A stretch of DNA of 64,000 bases, taken from NCBI GenBank assembly GCA_964016885.1, contig OZ024741.1, forward strand, positions 11,408,001-11,472,000. The letters run 5' to 3'. The notes under the pieces were generated by a model, which saw only the letters and a program-made list of their open reading frames with translations, was not told the origin of the DNA and made no database searches. Of this stretch, positions 50,309 to 62,439 are shown piece after piece. Source of the DNA: Eledone cirrhosa. Lineage: Eukaryota. How positions within the stretch are numbered: position 1 is the stretch's first letter; each line of letters begins with the position of its first letter. The position numbers and the translations under genes were made by a program.

Positions 50309-53300
50309 TTACAGATATATACTCAGAGTCGGCCCATTCACTCGGGCCATTCTTGCTTCTCTCACCCATCTTTCAACAAAATGCTGGGAAGAGAGCACTT
50401 CCTTTTCTACTCTGATTTTCCTTTTCAAATGAAATTTGAAAAAGTCAATCAGAGCATCACCGAAGAGGTAAGTGCTCGTCTTCAGCCCTTTCAAACGTGT
50501 CCACCATACTATCTCTTTCGCCATGGCCACCAGACAGATAAAAACTGCCTGCCCTTCCCGGCTAAAGGAGGAGGGCGGGGCAATCCTCACGATAGACTCA
50601 GATGATAGCTGGATCCGTCCTAAACGCGACAGCAGGTGTTCGACATAAACCCACAAGTCAGCAATTTTCGGACACTGGACGAGTGCGTGCAGGACGGTTT
50701 CGTCGCCCTGCGCGCATCTCGGACATGCCCGGCTGACGGCACCTCCATGCCTGTAGAGTTTATCCCGAACTGGCAAGGCTCCTCGGTAGCACTGCCAGGC
50801 CAGAGATTTCTGGAAGTTGTCCATAGGCCCTGGCCCGAAAGTTCTTCCGAAGAGATTGGCTAGTTGATTTTCGTCGACGCCTAGAGTTTCCCCAAGTACG
50901 TCGTCGCTCTTCCCCTCCACTAATCCTCTATAGAACGCCGAGGTGGAGTTTCCACCGATCACATTGCCCGATTGGTCGAGGGCTGTGAGCGCCTGAAGAC
51001 ATTCCAGTCTCCAGGCGCTCCCTCTCGGTCTTCGCTTGACCCAGGACTGCAGCTCCGTCAAGGAAACGAGCTGGGGAAAAACGCGTCTAGCAAACGGCGA
51101 CCACACCTGATCACCGTCGAGGAAGAGGTGGAGATGTCGTAGCCTGAGCGCGTGCCTGCGCATCATCAGCCACGGCATGCCCAGCCCTCCACGTAGCGGG
51201 TGTTGACAACAGATGGACCGCCTGACCATCGGAGCACGTCCCTTCCACAAAAAGCGAAAGAGCAAACGCTCCAGCGCAGTCAGGCGAGGCTTAGGACAAG
51301 GTACGACGGTTAGGCGGTAGCAGATGACAGACGCGATGTACGCGTTAGCCACCTCCGCTCGACCTTTCAGGGATAGCTTCCTCTCCGCCCATTTCTGGGT
51401 GAGAGAAGCCACCCTGCTCGTCACCTCGTCCCAGTTTTTGTCCGTCTGGAGGTCCGGACCGAACCAGACCCCTAGCAATTTAACCGGTCCGTCCGTCCAG
51501 CGCCCGACGACGCTGTTGGACGGCATGGACCTGCCTCTCCAGGTGCCGAGCTGCAGGCCCACTGACTTTTCCTGGTTGATCATTGCTCCTGTCACCGCTT
51601 CGTATTCTCTTAGTGTAGTGCCGATCGCCTCGATGTGTTTGGCGTTCGACACCACTACGGTGACATCGTCCGCATATGCTGACACGGATCTTCCGCATCC
51701 TAGTTCGCGCGGGACTCCCCTCAACGTCTCCAGTTTGTGCAGTAATGGCTCGAGAGTCAATACGTACAAGAGGGACGAGAGGGGACATCCTTGGCGGACC
51801 GAGCGCATGATGTTGAACGGTTCCGACAGGTGACCGTTCACTCTCACCACAGAGCAGATGTCGCTGTGCATGGCAGCGATCCAGCCTCTGAAGACGGGCC
51901 CAAAGCCAGCCGCCCTCAGGACTGCCGCTAGGTAACGATGGTCGACCCTATCGAAAGCTTTCGACTGATCTAAATTGATCAAGGACCCACCCGTGCCAGG
52001 TTCCCTAGCTACCCTCTCTACGATGTATCGCATGAGGTGGAGGTTGTCGTGGATGGATCTGTCGGGAATGGCGCATGTCTGCGCCTCTCCCACCAGACCA
52101 CCAACGACAAGCGCCAACCTCTTTGCTAGCACCTTGGCCAAAATCTTAAACTCTGTGTTTAGCAGAGTTATGGGCCGGAAATTGTCTATGTTATCCCCCT
52201 TGTTCGGATCCTTTCTCAGCAGTGCCACCGCTCCTCGGCTCACAGAACTGGGAATTCTCCCGTTCTGTTGCCAGTTGCAGTAGACGTCCGCCAAGAGGCC
52301 TCCGAACAAGTCTGGCATCTGTACGTAAAGTTCATAGGGCAGACCATCCAAACCAGGCGATTTACCCCTTGTGCAGCCAGTCATTGCCTCCCGTACTTCA
52401 GCGGCTGTTATCGGCTTTTCGCAACACCTCGCCTCAGTGGCCGAGAGCCGCGGCAGCCCGTCGAGGTAGACACTAAAGTCCATCCCTCTACCCGGCCCCC
52501 CGCTGCCCCCGAACAGCTGAGCGAAGTGTCGCTGAAAAGCTTCACACATTTGCCCGGGATCGAGTAGCATGCGCCCGTCGTGGTCCACCAAAGACCGGAT
52601 CGTGGCTTTGTTGCCACGACGCGCCTCCGCCACTCGGGCCCATTGAACGGCTTTCGTCCCCTCGTGTCTGAGAGCACGCACCCTAGCTCTGACAACGCAG
52701 CCTTCGTGCTTTGCATTGAAGAATTGGTCAAGGGCCAATTTCGCCGCAAGCACGTCGGTCGCAATGCCTTTGCTAAGCGCCTCGTCTAATTTTCTAACTA
52801 GTTCTCCCTCTGCTCTATTTTTCTCTATTGCTAAAGCCTTACTAAACCTAATCGATTCTATTCTAATCGCTCTTTTCAGAGCAAACCACCACTTGTTGTT
52901 GACGATGGCCCCCGTCAACGCCCGCTTAACTAGTTCGCTAATCCGGTCTCTGTAGGCCTTGCGCGCTGGTAAGGACGCGTTTAGCTTCCAGTAGCCGGGT
53001 CCTCGTCTATGAAGCCTATCTAAGTCAAGCACACAGATCACGAATTTGTGGTCCGTGTAGCTGACTATCTTGAATTGTGGACAGCCTATGCTAGACCTAT
53101 CTATTTCCCTACAAAATACTCTATCTAGATATGATCTGGATGACCCTATGCGGTTTGTCCAAGTCCACATTGGCACATTCGGGAAATCCAATCGGTACCT
53201 GTCAGACAGTTCAAAACGCCTGAGCAGGTTGGTGAGGCTCTTGCACCCTCCACCCCTATCCGCTAATCCCACACAGTCCCAGCGTGCATCTAAGATCCCG

Positions 53301-53728
53301 TTCCAGTCGCCCACTAACACTAAAGAGCGCGACGTTCCAAGAAAGGTCTCCAGACGCCGGAAGAAATCAGGCCGCCCTGCTCCTGTCGGGGCATAGACGG
53401 CCACTAGCCTGAAAGCTTGCCCGTCTCCGCTGGTCACGTCCAGCACCACCAGCTTACCCTCTGGGTCCAGGAAGATGGCCCGTATGGCGAGATCCAAACC
53501 TCTCCGAAAAAGTACAGCAACTCCTCCACCGGATCCAGGACGGCTGGGAGATGCGTACACATCGTAGCCGCCGAAGATCGGTGCGAAGGCCCGTGCTTCG
53601 GAGATTCTGGTCTCGCTGATGGCCACTACATCTATGTTTAGTGACCTGAGGTCGTTGAGCAGGTGACCCTGCTTCCATGACGACCCCAAGCCACGCGCAT
53701 TTATGCTGCCTATTCTGAGTGAGGTCAT
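50309..53728 (-). CDS. LINE ORF2: APE endonuclease + reverse transcriptase + C-terminal zinc motif (1139 aa)
   Basis: INARGL, ISET, VYAP, GDWN, SYLDR, TDH, GYWKLN, KSPGLDGLP, FRPITLLN, LDQSKAFDRV, VRQGCPLS, AYADDV, KLLGV and CPRC...ETVLHALVQC. Confidence 0.97.
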   Translation of the reverse strand: MTSLRIGSINARGLGSSWKQGHLLNDLRSLNIDVVAISETRISEARAFAPIFGGYDVYASPSRPGSGGGVAVLFRRGLDLAIRAIFLDPEGKLVVLDVTSGDGQAFRLVAVYAPTGAGRPDFFRRLETFLGTSRSLVLVGDWNGILDARWDCVGLADRGGGCKSLTNLLRRFELSDRYRLDFPNVPMWTWTNRIGSSRSYLDRVFCREIDRSSIGCPQFKIVSYTDHKFVICVLDLDRLHRRGPGYWKLNASLPARKAYRDRISELVKRALTGAIVNNKWWFALKRAIRIESIRFSKALAIEKNRAEGELVRKLDEALSKGIATDVLAAKLALDQFFNAKHEGCVVRARVRALRHEGTKAVQWARVAEARRGNKATIRSLVDHDGRMLLDPGQMCEAFQRHFAQLFGGSGGPGRGMDFSVYLDGLPRLSATEARCCEKPITAAEVREAMTGCTRGKSPGLDGLPYELYVQMPDLFGGLLADVYCNWQQNGRIPSSVSRGAVALLRKDPNKGDNIDNFRPITLLNTEFKILAKVLAKRLALVVGGLVGEAQTCAIPDRSIHDNLHLMRYIVERVAREPGTGGSLINLDQSKAFDRVDHRYLAAVLRAAGFGPVFRGWIAAMHSDICSVVRVNGHLSEPFNIMRSVRQGCPLSSLLYVLTLEPLLHKLETLRGVPRELGCGRSVSAYADDVTVVVSNAKHIEAIGTTLREYEAVTGAMINQEKSVGLQLGTWRGRSMPSNSVVGRWTDGPVKLLGVWFGPDLQTDKNWDEVTSRVASLTQKWAERKLSLKGRAEVANAYIASVICYRLTVVPCPKPRLTALERLLFRFLWKGRAPMVRRSICCQHPLRGGLGMPWLMMRRHALRLRHLHLFLDGDQVWSPFARRVFPQLVSLTELQSWVKRRPRGSAWRLECLQALTALDQSGNVIGGNSTSAFYRGLVEGKSDDVLGETLGVDENQLANLFGRTFGPGPMDNFQKSLAWQCYRGALPVRDKLYRHGGAVSRACPRCAQGDETVLHALVQCPKIADLWVYVEHLLSRLGRIQLSSESIVRIAPPSSFSREGQAVFICLVAMAKEIVWWTRLKGLKTSTYLFGDALIDFFKFHLKRKIRVEKEVLSSQHFVERWVREARMARVNGPTLSIYL

Positions 53729-53763
53729 GTTTAAAATAGAGTGGAAAAGATGGGAAAGACCAC

Positions 53764-55863
53764 TTACCGTATTTTTGGTAGAGGAGGGATTGTTTTTACA
53801 TCCCTTTTCACTTGATCGTCTGGTGAAGGGACCGTTGAATCGTCCCTTCGGCTGGTCGTCGGCTCTTCTAAGAGAATGTCTGAATATACTCTTCGATTAA
53901 TGGTTCCTCCTAGGTCCCTGAAATCACCAACTGCGTTGGGAAATTTCGTTTTAATGTTTGTGTATTGTTTCTGTGCTATTTTTAGCAGTCTTATGTTAGT
54001 TGGCGTTTTGATTGGTGCTGGTATTATGTAGTCCTGTTGTGAAATGTCTGTGTGTTCAATTATGTAAGTCATTAGTTTCTTGTTGTGTGTGTTTATTGCC
54101 GTGCATTTGTTTTTCTGGGGGTGGGGTGTGGTTCTGCTATTTTCTTGTCGTTGTTGCTGGGTGTGTGTGTTTTGTTGTTGTGTTTGCGATGTTGGTGCTT
54201 GTGGTGGTGGTGTTGAAGGTGTTGTTGGCGGTGGGGTTGTCGCCGGTGGTGATGGTGGTGCTGGTGTGGGTGGTGATGGTGTTGGTGGTGTTGCTGCTGT
54301 GGGTCTCTTTGCAGTAGACTTTACCCTTTTCTCATTTCTTTCCTCCCTTTTCAAAGGCGACGATGCGCTGCTTCTGCGTTTGTGCCTTCTTGAGACCTTT
54401 TGCCATCCCTCTCCCACCTCACACTCCATGTCTGATTCTGTAAGGTCGGGGAGGGGTACCAGCTCCACTCTTTCACTTGTTGTTGTTGGTGATGTTTGCA
54501 CTGGAGTCTCTGTTGCAGCTGCATTTGGTATTGCTGTTGTTGTTGTTAATATTTCCACTGCTGCTGCTGTCTTTGATTTCCGTGGAGTGGGTATGGGTGC
54601 CACGGACCTATCGTTCCTGGTTGCCGCTTGTCCTGTTGCTGGTAGCCGTGGAACCGGATTCGGGAGGAGGGGGGTTTTCTCCTTTCTCAGGGTCTTCTCG
54701 TTGCAGAAGGCCCTGAGGTGAGTCTTCGATCCACAGCGAAAGCATTTCGGGCGTTTGCCCTCAACACTTATGGGCAGTTGAGTGCCGTTATCGAAGTCTA
54801 TCACATCCGGGATAGCTTCGATGCACTCCTGGTTGGTTTGGATTAGCATCTCAATGGAGGAGCCGACCCAATCTTCTCTTACTTTTTTCTGTACTTGCAG
54901 TACAGTTGTTTTGTCCTCGATTCCGACGAGGACAGACGCGGCCAGCCAAGAAGGGGTCATTCCGGGGGGGACGTGGGTCAGTTTGACCCTCACAATTTTT
55001 TGCCCGCAGTAGGAGGGCACCAACACCATTTCCTCGCTCCTTAGGGTCACTACTGATTGGGCCTTTGCCTCCTGGGGTGTGGCAAAAAGTACGTCTACGG
55101 TGGCGTATTTTTTGCCTCGGGTGATGTGCGTTTTCCTCTGCCACACAGACCCCAAGGCTTTTTGTATTTGGGCCTCTGTGGCTCTTTCCACCCTACGGGA
55201 TTTTGTACTTACTGTACGGTACGTGACCGTACAGTGCTCTTGGGTTTCGAAAAAATTTTTCGCTGCCTTGCAGATTGCTCGGTGTCCGTTCTTTGTCACC
55301 ATCTTCTTCGCTTCCTCTAATTCCTCATTTGTTATGAGGATTGTTTCCAGGTTTTTCGCAATACCTGCAAATGAGATTGGTTTTTCTCTGCTGTTGTTGT
55401 TGTCGTCAGAGCTGCTGGTACTTTTGTTGTTGCTGCAGGTACTACGACTACTGCCTCCGCCGCTGTTGCTGTGGTTGTTGTTGGTGTTGCTGCTGCTAAT
55501 GCTGTTGTTGTTTATGCTGCTGGTGATGCTGTTGCGGCTGCTACTGTTGTTTTCATTGTCACTGTTGCTGTTGTTATTACGGCTGCTACTGCTATTATTC
55601 CTGACGTCAGACGAATGAACTGGGTTTTCGTATTTCCCGCACACCTGTTTCGTCGCTGTCGTCGTCGTCGTGGAGAAACCTTGCACGCTTTGCACGAGAC
55701 TTTTCTTTTCTTTCGTCGCTTGCGAAAGAGAAGGTAGGGAGAGAGACACATTTAAAGAAGGGAGGGAGAGAGACAATCTTCTCTCTCCTGTAGTGATGAT
55801 TGAGGAAGAAGAAGACGGAATGAGTGGGAGTGACGTATGAAATTTTTTTTTTTTGGTAGCCAT
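53764..55863 (-). CDS. LINE ORF1 with CCHC zinc knuckle (699 aa from MATKKK)
   Basis: CFRCGSKTHLRAFC knuckle, Asn/Ser-rich N-terminus, Pro/Thr-rich C-terminus; directly upstream of ORF2. Confidence 0.9.
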   Translation of the reverse strand: MATKKKKFHTSLPLIPSSSSSIITTGERRLSLSLPSLNVSLSLPSLSQATKEKKSLVQSVQGFSTTTTTATKQVCGKYENPVHSSDVRNNSSSSRNNNSNSDNENNSSSRNSITSSINNNSISSSNTNNNHSNSGGGSSRSTCSNNKSTSSSDDNNNSREKPISFAGIAKNLETILITNEELEEAKKMVTKNGHRAICKAAKNFFETQEHCTVTYRTVSTKSRRVERATEAQIQKALGSVWQRKTHITRGKKYATVDVLFATPQEAKAQSVVTLRSEEMVLVPSYCGQKIVRVKLTHVPPGMTPSWLAASVLVGIEDKTTVLQVQKKVREDWVGSSIEMLIQTNQECIEAIPDVIDFDNGTQLPISVEGKRPKCFRCGSKTHLRAFCNEKTLRKEKTPLLPNPVPRLPATGQAATRNDRSVAPIPTPRKSKTAAAVEILTTTTAIPNAAATETPVQTSPTTTSERVELVPLPDLTESDMECEVGEGWQKVSRRHKRRSSASSPLKREERNEKRVKSTAKRPTAATPPTPSPPTPAPPSPPATTPPPTTPSTPPPQAPTSQTQQQNTHTQQQRQENSRTTPHPQKNKCTAINTHNKKLMTYIIEHTDISQQDYIIPAPIKTPTNIRLLKIAQKQYTNIKTKFPNAVGDFRDLGGTINRRVYSDILLEEPTTSRRDDSTVPSPDDQVKRDVKTIPPLPKIR

Positions 55864-57064
55864 GTTTTTTTGCTTAAAATGAAATTTTGGGTACAAAACC
55901 CCAATAACTGATTATTTAACCCCGAAGGGCCAAATAACGGACAGAAAGACCCCTCTCACGAGGAGGAGGGTGTCTTTATCAACAATTTGGTTCAAGTTTT
56001 AAACAATTTACAATTGTTTTAACGGTTAAAAATTACTATACCTTACAGAGCCGAGCCTCCGTCAACCATGGCATTCAATAATAATAATAATAATAAGGGA
56101 AGAAGACGCACGAGGTGACGGAAGGTCATGAAATCGCTCCCGTAAGTTTTGAATTTTTAACATATTTAAATCATTTGTGAAATAACAACTCTTAGTACAA
56201 ATGCTACGTAAAGCACCCGGCTTGAACCCCCCAAAATTCGGACCCAAAATATATTGTTATAAGGCTCAAATATTCAAATATTCAACTTTGTATTGTACAT
56301 TGTATATTCAAAAAAGAAAATGACTATAAATGGAAGAAGAACCCCCTCCTCTGTCTACGCTATATAGAACAGCCAAACAACACCAGAAACTAGATACAAC
56401 ACCTACCTCATCACCTCTCTGTGTACACTAAACACAACAGCCAGATAACGGCAATTTCACCACCACCACTCACTACTGCCATCATTACCACCACTATCCC
56501 ATCACCGCCGCCACCACTCCTTCATTGCTACCACCGCTACAACACCATCACTACAGTAATACGATCACGTCACCACCACCACTGCCTCGGTATCGACATC
56601 ACCACCACCACTGTCTCAGTATCGATACCGCCGCTACTGTCTCCCACATCTCCCCGCCGCCACCACTCCTTCAATGCTACCACCACTATTCCCCTGTTAA
56701 CTTGAGAGAGAAAGGGGAAGGTGGCGGTATCACTAGACAAGGGAGAGGCTAGCAAAAGATATAAATAGATTGACTTAGTGACCTGGCCAAGGCCAAACGA
56801 CAATATCAACAAATATGGGACTGCTGGCTCACCCCTTCCTCACCAACAATATAAAAAGCCCCGGCACCACCACCGACATAGCCAACAACAATAACAGCCA
56901 ACTACAACAAAAAGTATATTATATTATTGTAATGCACTGGGTGATTGCTGGCCTTGTGCCTGGAGTGGAGACAATTATTAATAATTTCATTCTTAAGCCA
57001 CGCAATGCTCACATTAAGGAACCACTCATGATAATAACAATTTAAAAAAAAACAACAAAAAGAA

Positions 57065-60000
57065 AACCCCGTGACCAAGAAATACCGGGATGGCGGCCGG
57101 CGGGGAATAGCCGTGTCTCTAGGGGAGAACGACCCCTCTAGTCTTGGTTGACACTCGTTCTAGAAGTGGTAACACGAAATGATTACCCCTTGGCGGATAA
57201 GGATAAAACGCGAAAAAATAAAGTAAATGTCTAATGATAAAATCTCATACCGGATCGGCCGTCACCCGGGTAAAAAAGTGCCGCGTCGCTCAGAGAGGAA
57301 CCAGACTGGGGTCGAAAAATCAGCTAATGGTTCAAACCTTCCCATCACTTCGGAGTTGGAGACCTCCCATAACCGGAATACTCCTACTGTTGGCCCTCCA
57401 TGCTCACCACCAAGAAATCCAAAGAAAAAGAGAGAAAAATGGTCAAGGGAAGATAATAAAGAAGTCCTTGAGGCTTTCTACACTGCCATGTACTACCCAT
57501 CAAATACATCGAATACAGAACAGACATATATCAACTGGAAAAAGAAACATCCCGAAAACAGAGGCTATATTGACAGTAACAAACTAGCCAATATACGAAG
57601 AAATATTGTAAGAAAAAAGTTACTAACTGATATAGAAATTGATCAGATCAAGCTATTAGCACAAAGTCAGCGAAGGGAAAATGAAACATGTGTCAGTGAA
57701 AACGAGGTAAACTGTAACACTTCGAATCCCAGGGTTGGGGCGGAATCACTGGCAACAGAACAAATTAAAGAAAGGATCGAAAAAGTGGAGGGAGTGCATG
57801 CTCAGGATGAAACTCCAAATGAAAATAATGAGATCGTAAATGATAAGGAAATGAATGAGAATGAACTTGCCAACTTGAAGGATGAAATTATGATCGAATG
57901 GATGAAAATGAAAGAATCTGACATGGGGCAACGAGACACCCTCCCTAAGATCCAGAACTCCAAACAGAACCAAAAGATAATACACAAGACTAACATAATT
58001 CTCAAAAACATTATCATCACAAACAAACTAAACATTACTGATTTAAATCATCTCTATTATGCATCGGCTAAAGTCACCACTCACTTATGTGGAGTGAAGA
58101 TGAAAAAACAAAGGAATTCCCACAAGAAATCTACTTGGCAAGAGAACATCAATCGCCAAATAAACCTTCTCCAATCTGACATAGAAATTTTAACAAACTA
58201 TAAAGTAGGTGAACATGTTAAACAAACTAAACTTAGAAAATTGAAAAAAAAGTACAGTATAAAATCAACATGTGACATAGACATGCTGATAGAAATAATC
58301 AAGCAAAAAGTGTCGGCCAAAGCTGCTCGTATAAGGCGCTTTGAAAAACGATCTAGATTCTATAAGGACAATAATATGTTCAAAAACAACCAAAGAAACT
58401 TCTACAGAAAAATTGGTAAGTCAACAATAACTGCTAAATCAATACCACCCAAGGAGGAAGTGCAAGAATTCTGGGAAAAGATCTGGGCCGAAGAAAAAGT
58501 TCATAACATACATGCCCCATGGATAGACAGACAAATGAAAGATACAGCTCACCTTGAGGAACAAATATGGGAAAATATAACAGTTGAACAGTTGCGCTTG
58601 GCTCTAAGAAAAACCAGCAAATGGAAATCCCCAGGAAAAGACAAAATACAAAACTTTTGGATAAATGCCTTCACAGAGTCTCATGAGCTGTTAGCCCAAC
58701 TTTACAATGAAATAGTTAAGGAGCCAGAAAAGATACCTTCATGGCTAGTTAACGGCATTACATTCCTGCTTCCGAAGAATGATGAGACAAACAATCCCAA
58801 AAATTACAGACCGATAACTTGCATGACCACAATGCATAAAATGTTAACATCAGTCCTAACTGAATACACATATGACCACCTGATAACAAATGACCTATTT
58901 CCCATTGAGCAGAAAGGGTGTAAACGAGGCTCATATGGCTGTAAGGATCGGCTTCTGGTTAACAAAATGATACTGGAAGATTGTCATAATAGACACAAAA
59001 ATCTATCGATTGCTTGGATAGATTATAAAAAAGCATTTGATAGTTTGCCACACAGTTGGATTGAAAAATGTTTAGAGATTTTCAAAGTATCCCCCGTTGT
59101 CAGGAGGTTTTTGTCATTCAGTATGAAGACATGGAGAACGACACTCCTTTTGAATAGTGAAACAAAATCACTGGAAGCTGGAGAAGTTAATATTAAATGT
59201 GGAATTTTTCAGGGTGACTTTTTATCACCGCTTTTATTCTGCATCGCACTTATACCATTAAGTAAAATGCTCAATGAAACAAAACATGGATATAAAGTCT
59301 ATGACAAAACCATTAATCACCTGTTCTACATGGATAACCTGAAACTATTTGCAAAAAATGATGAACAATTGCAAGGGCCAACTGTGAAGCAGTTCAGTGA
59401 TGACATTAAAATGGAGTTTGGACTAGATAAATGCGCCAAAGCAACGTTCACCAGAGGAAAGCTGCTGAAGAGTTCAGACATTAATCTTGATCGGGGGAAC
59501 GTGATAAGAGAACTTGATCAAGAAAAAACTTACAAATATCTAGGTGTTTGTGAAGGAGACGGAATCAAGCACTCGACAATGAGGGAAAGGATAAGAAGGA
59601 ATGTTACCGCAGAGTAAGAACAATCTTAAGAACGGAATTGAATGCAAGGAATAGGATCGATGCCATAAACACGCTTGCCATAACAGTAGTAACCTACAGT
59701 TACAATGTCATCAACTGGTCAAGCACAGAGATCCGTAGGCTCGATACAAAAATTCGAAAATTCTTAACCATGCACAGAATGCATCACCCTAAGGCAGATA
59801 TAGATAGAATATATCTCCCTAGGAAAGAAGGAGGACGTGGGTTGAAAACTGCAACAATTGGATTATCTACATATCTAAGGGAATCACATGATTGGATGAT
59901 CAAACTCGTTTTGAAACACGAAAGCATCAAAAGATCATATTCCATTACAAAAGATGCACAAAGATACAGTAATGGACTACAAATTTCAGAAGTCCCATTT

Positions 60001-61018
60001 ACTGCTGAAATGGAAAACACAGAAAAAGCAAAGCAGGTAAAAGTAACTGCAAAGAAAGAACTGCTACAGAAACTGGCTAAGAAATGGCAAGAAAAGCCTC
60101 TGTATGGAAAATACCCAGAGCGAGCTAACAATCCTGATGTTGACAAAACTTTAACCCATCAGTGGTTGGCATCCTCTGGACTGAAATCGGAGACTGAAGG
60201 ACTGATTATATCGGCACAAGATCAGTGTCTGCCAACAAAAAATTACCAAGCCAACATAATAAAAAATGGGTGCAGCCCATTATGCCGTGTATGCAAAAAA
60301 CAACCAGAGACCATTGACCATATAATTTCAATGTGCAGTCCTATAGCTCCAACCGAATACCTAAACAGGCATGACAGAGCTGCACAATACATACATTGGA
60401 TAATGTGTAAGCATTTTGACCTGCCCCATCAAAAGAATTGGTGGGAGCATCAACCACCTCCCATACTTGAAAAAGATCACATCTCAATCTTGTGGAACTT
60501 TAGCATCCAAACAGACCGAAAAATAGATGCAAACAGACCTGATATAATATTGAAAGACTTTCAAAAGAGGGTATGCCTGCTAATTGATATGTCTGTTCCA
60601 ATAGACAAGAATGTATCTATAAAAACATTTGAAAAATTGAGCAAGTATAAGGACCTGGAGATAGAAATTGGAAAAATGTGGAAATTGAGAACTAAAACAA
60701 TACCAGTGGTTGTAGGCGCTCTGGGAATGATACCTAAGGGGTCTAATGATTACATATCGCAAATACCAGGAAACCCGCGTATAGGAGAAATACAAAAGAT
60801 AGTATTAATGGGAACTGCCCATATACTAAGGAAGATTCTGTCAATATAAGTACATCACAAGTCTAAACACTAAAGATGCATGTGTGAATATGTATGTTCT
60901 TTCTTGAACATGGCGGACCTTGTTGTCTCTTGAGGTCACTGGTTGTGACTTGGTGATAACTCGTATGAACATAAAGCAAGATAAATGCAACTGTAATAAT
61001 AATAATAATAATAATAAT

Positions 61019-61019
<1 letters not shown>
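57065..61019 (+). mobile_element. R4/Dong-like RLE non-LTR retrotransposon, near full length, inactivated
   Basis: Single-ORF architecture (57227-60849) with RT, CCHC finger and restriction-like endonuclease; ends in (TAA)n at 60994-61019. The 5' boundary is approximate. Confidence 0.9.
57227..60849 (+). pseudogene. RT + RLE polyprotein, frameshifted
   Basis: WKSPGKD, NYRPITC, EQKGC, AWIDYKKAFDS, GIFQGD.LSPLLF, HLFYMDNLK (catalytic DD changed to DN), YKYLG. A 1-nt frameshift near 59596, then GGRGL, CRVC...ETIDHIISMC, RHD, RPDI...LIDMSVP and KLSKY. Confidence 0.92.
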
Positions 61020-61059
<40 letters not shown>

Positions 61060-61067
61060 CATATACG

Positions 61068-61133
<66 letters not shown>

Positions 61134-61859
61134 AACAATTGTTTCAATCGAATGTGGCTGTTTAGCCCAGCCAATGATCTAAAATGTCTTGAAGATATAA
61201 CTTGTTTTATCGACTTAAACATAAATATGGCAGATTTGTTTATGTATATATTAGTATGAACTCGCTATTTTGTAGATAGTTTTGTGTTGTAGTGTATCTA
61301 TATATAGAGAAAAATAGGAGATAGACAGACACCGTGTGTGCAGACACATACACATATTCATAGATACATATAACTTTGATAAGATTTGGTCAGTATTGGC
61401 CCAAGCCATGTCTAACTTAATAGCACCACCTGGCAAAGTCTTTCTAATCAGAATTTAGACACCATGGAATTTTCCAAAGACTTTTTGAAATTTATGGGAT
61501 CTGTTTCTGCTTTAATGTGTTTTGGTGTTGTCCTAATATTGTTATGAGATGTGACATTGATGTCTGTTATTGGCAGATAGCACTGTAATAAAATTGTTTA
61601 TTGACATCTTGTCCTTATAAACAAGGTTACGATAAATATACAAATTTACAAACATTCTTATATAGTTATGCTGATATATATGCAGACACACACTCATAGA
61701 CTGACCAGTATATAAACGTAAACAGACTGTATGTATGTATATATGTATATGTATATATATGTATATGTATATATATGTATATGTATATATATACAAGGGC
61801 GGAAGAACTCATAAGAGTCAACGGCCATCCGAAAGTGTGTAAATATGTATATACACATC

Positions 61860-62175
61860 TACCGCGCGCTTAAACCACTGGGAGTGAAGGACCCCTAGTC
61901 TTTGTCAGAGTATTCTTCTAGGAGAAGGCAACTCAGGAAACTGGGATAACTCCGATATAAAACCTGTGGCTCAGTAGTTACCGATGATGTTGATCTTTTC
62001 TTCTTTTCGGGTTATAGCTACTGTCTCTCAGAGAGTGGGATTGGCTCAGTGCACAGTCTTTCCTCACTTTAAAAGATATCTTCACACACAGGCATTGCAC
62101 GATAGAATTAATTAATAATTATTAATAATGATATATCGTGCAATGGCTATACTCGATAACGAGGGGGCAGGCATC
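61860..62175 (+). mobile_element. Second copy of the 12474-12790 repeat
   Basis: Near-identical over ~315 bp. Confidence 0.8.
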
Positions 62176-62389
62176 ATATATATGTATATAGTTCCCAAAA
62201 CTAATCAGATCAGAGCAAACATCACGGACGCTCTATCTCAACATTATTCTTGAAAACATTAGAAATGCGCAACCGGTAAAACTTAAAACCAAATCTGAAT
62301 ACTAACCAATACTATTACTAATTCTCACTTATTCCTAATTAAACTATTTTTCACTGTGAACAATTTGTCAGCATTTTCTATTCCGTTTA

Positions 62390-62432
<43 letters not shown>

Positions 62433-62439
62433 AATAAAA

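Larger units (their letters stand above)
50047..56077 (-). mobile_element. Full-length, apparently intact Tx1-clade (L1 group) LINE flanked by (TAA)n
   Basis: 5' UTR, ORF1, 35-bp spacer, ORF2, and a 3' UTR with AATAAA followed by (ATT)n. (TAA)n at 49995-50046 and 56077-56096. Confidence 0.95.

Noticed and set aside
47259-55737. Plus-strand ORFs overlapping the Tx1 elements
   Set aside because: Antisense shadows of GC-rich or triplet-repeat coding sequence.
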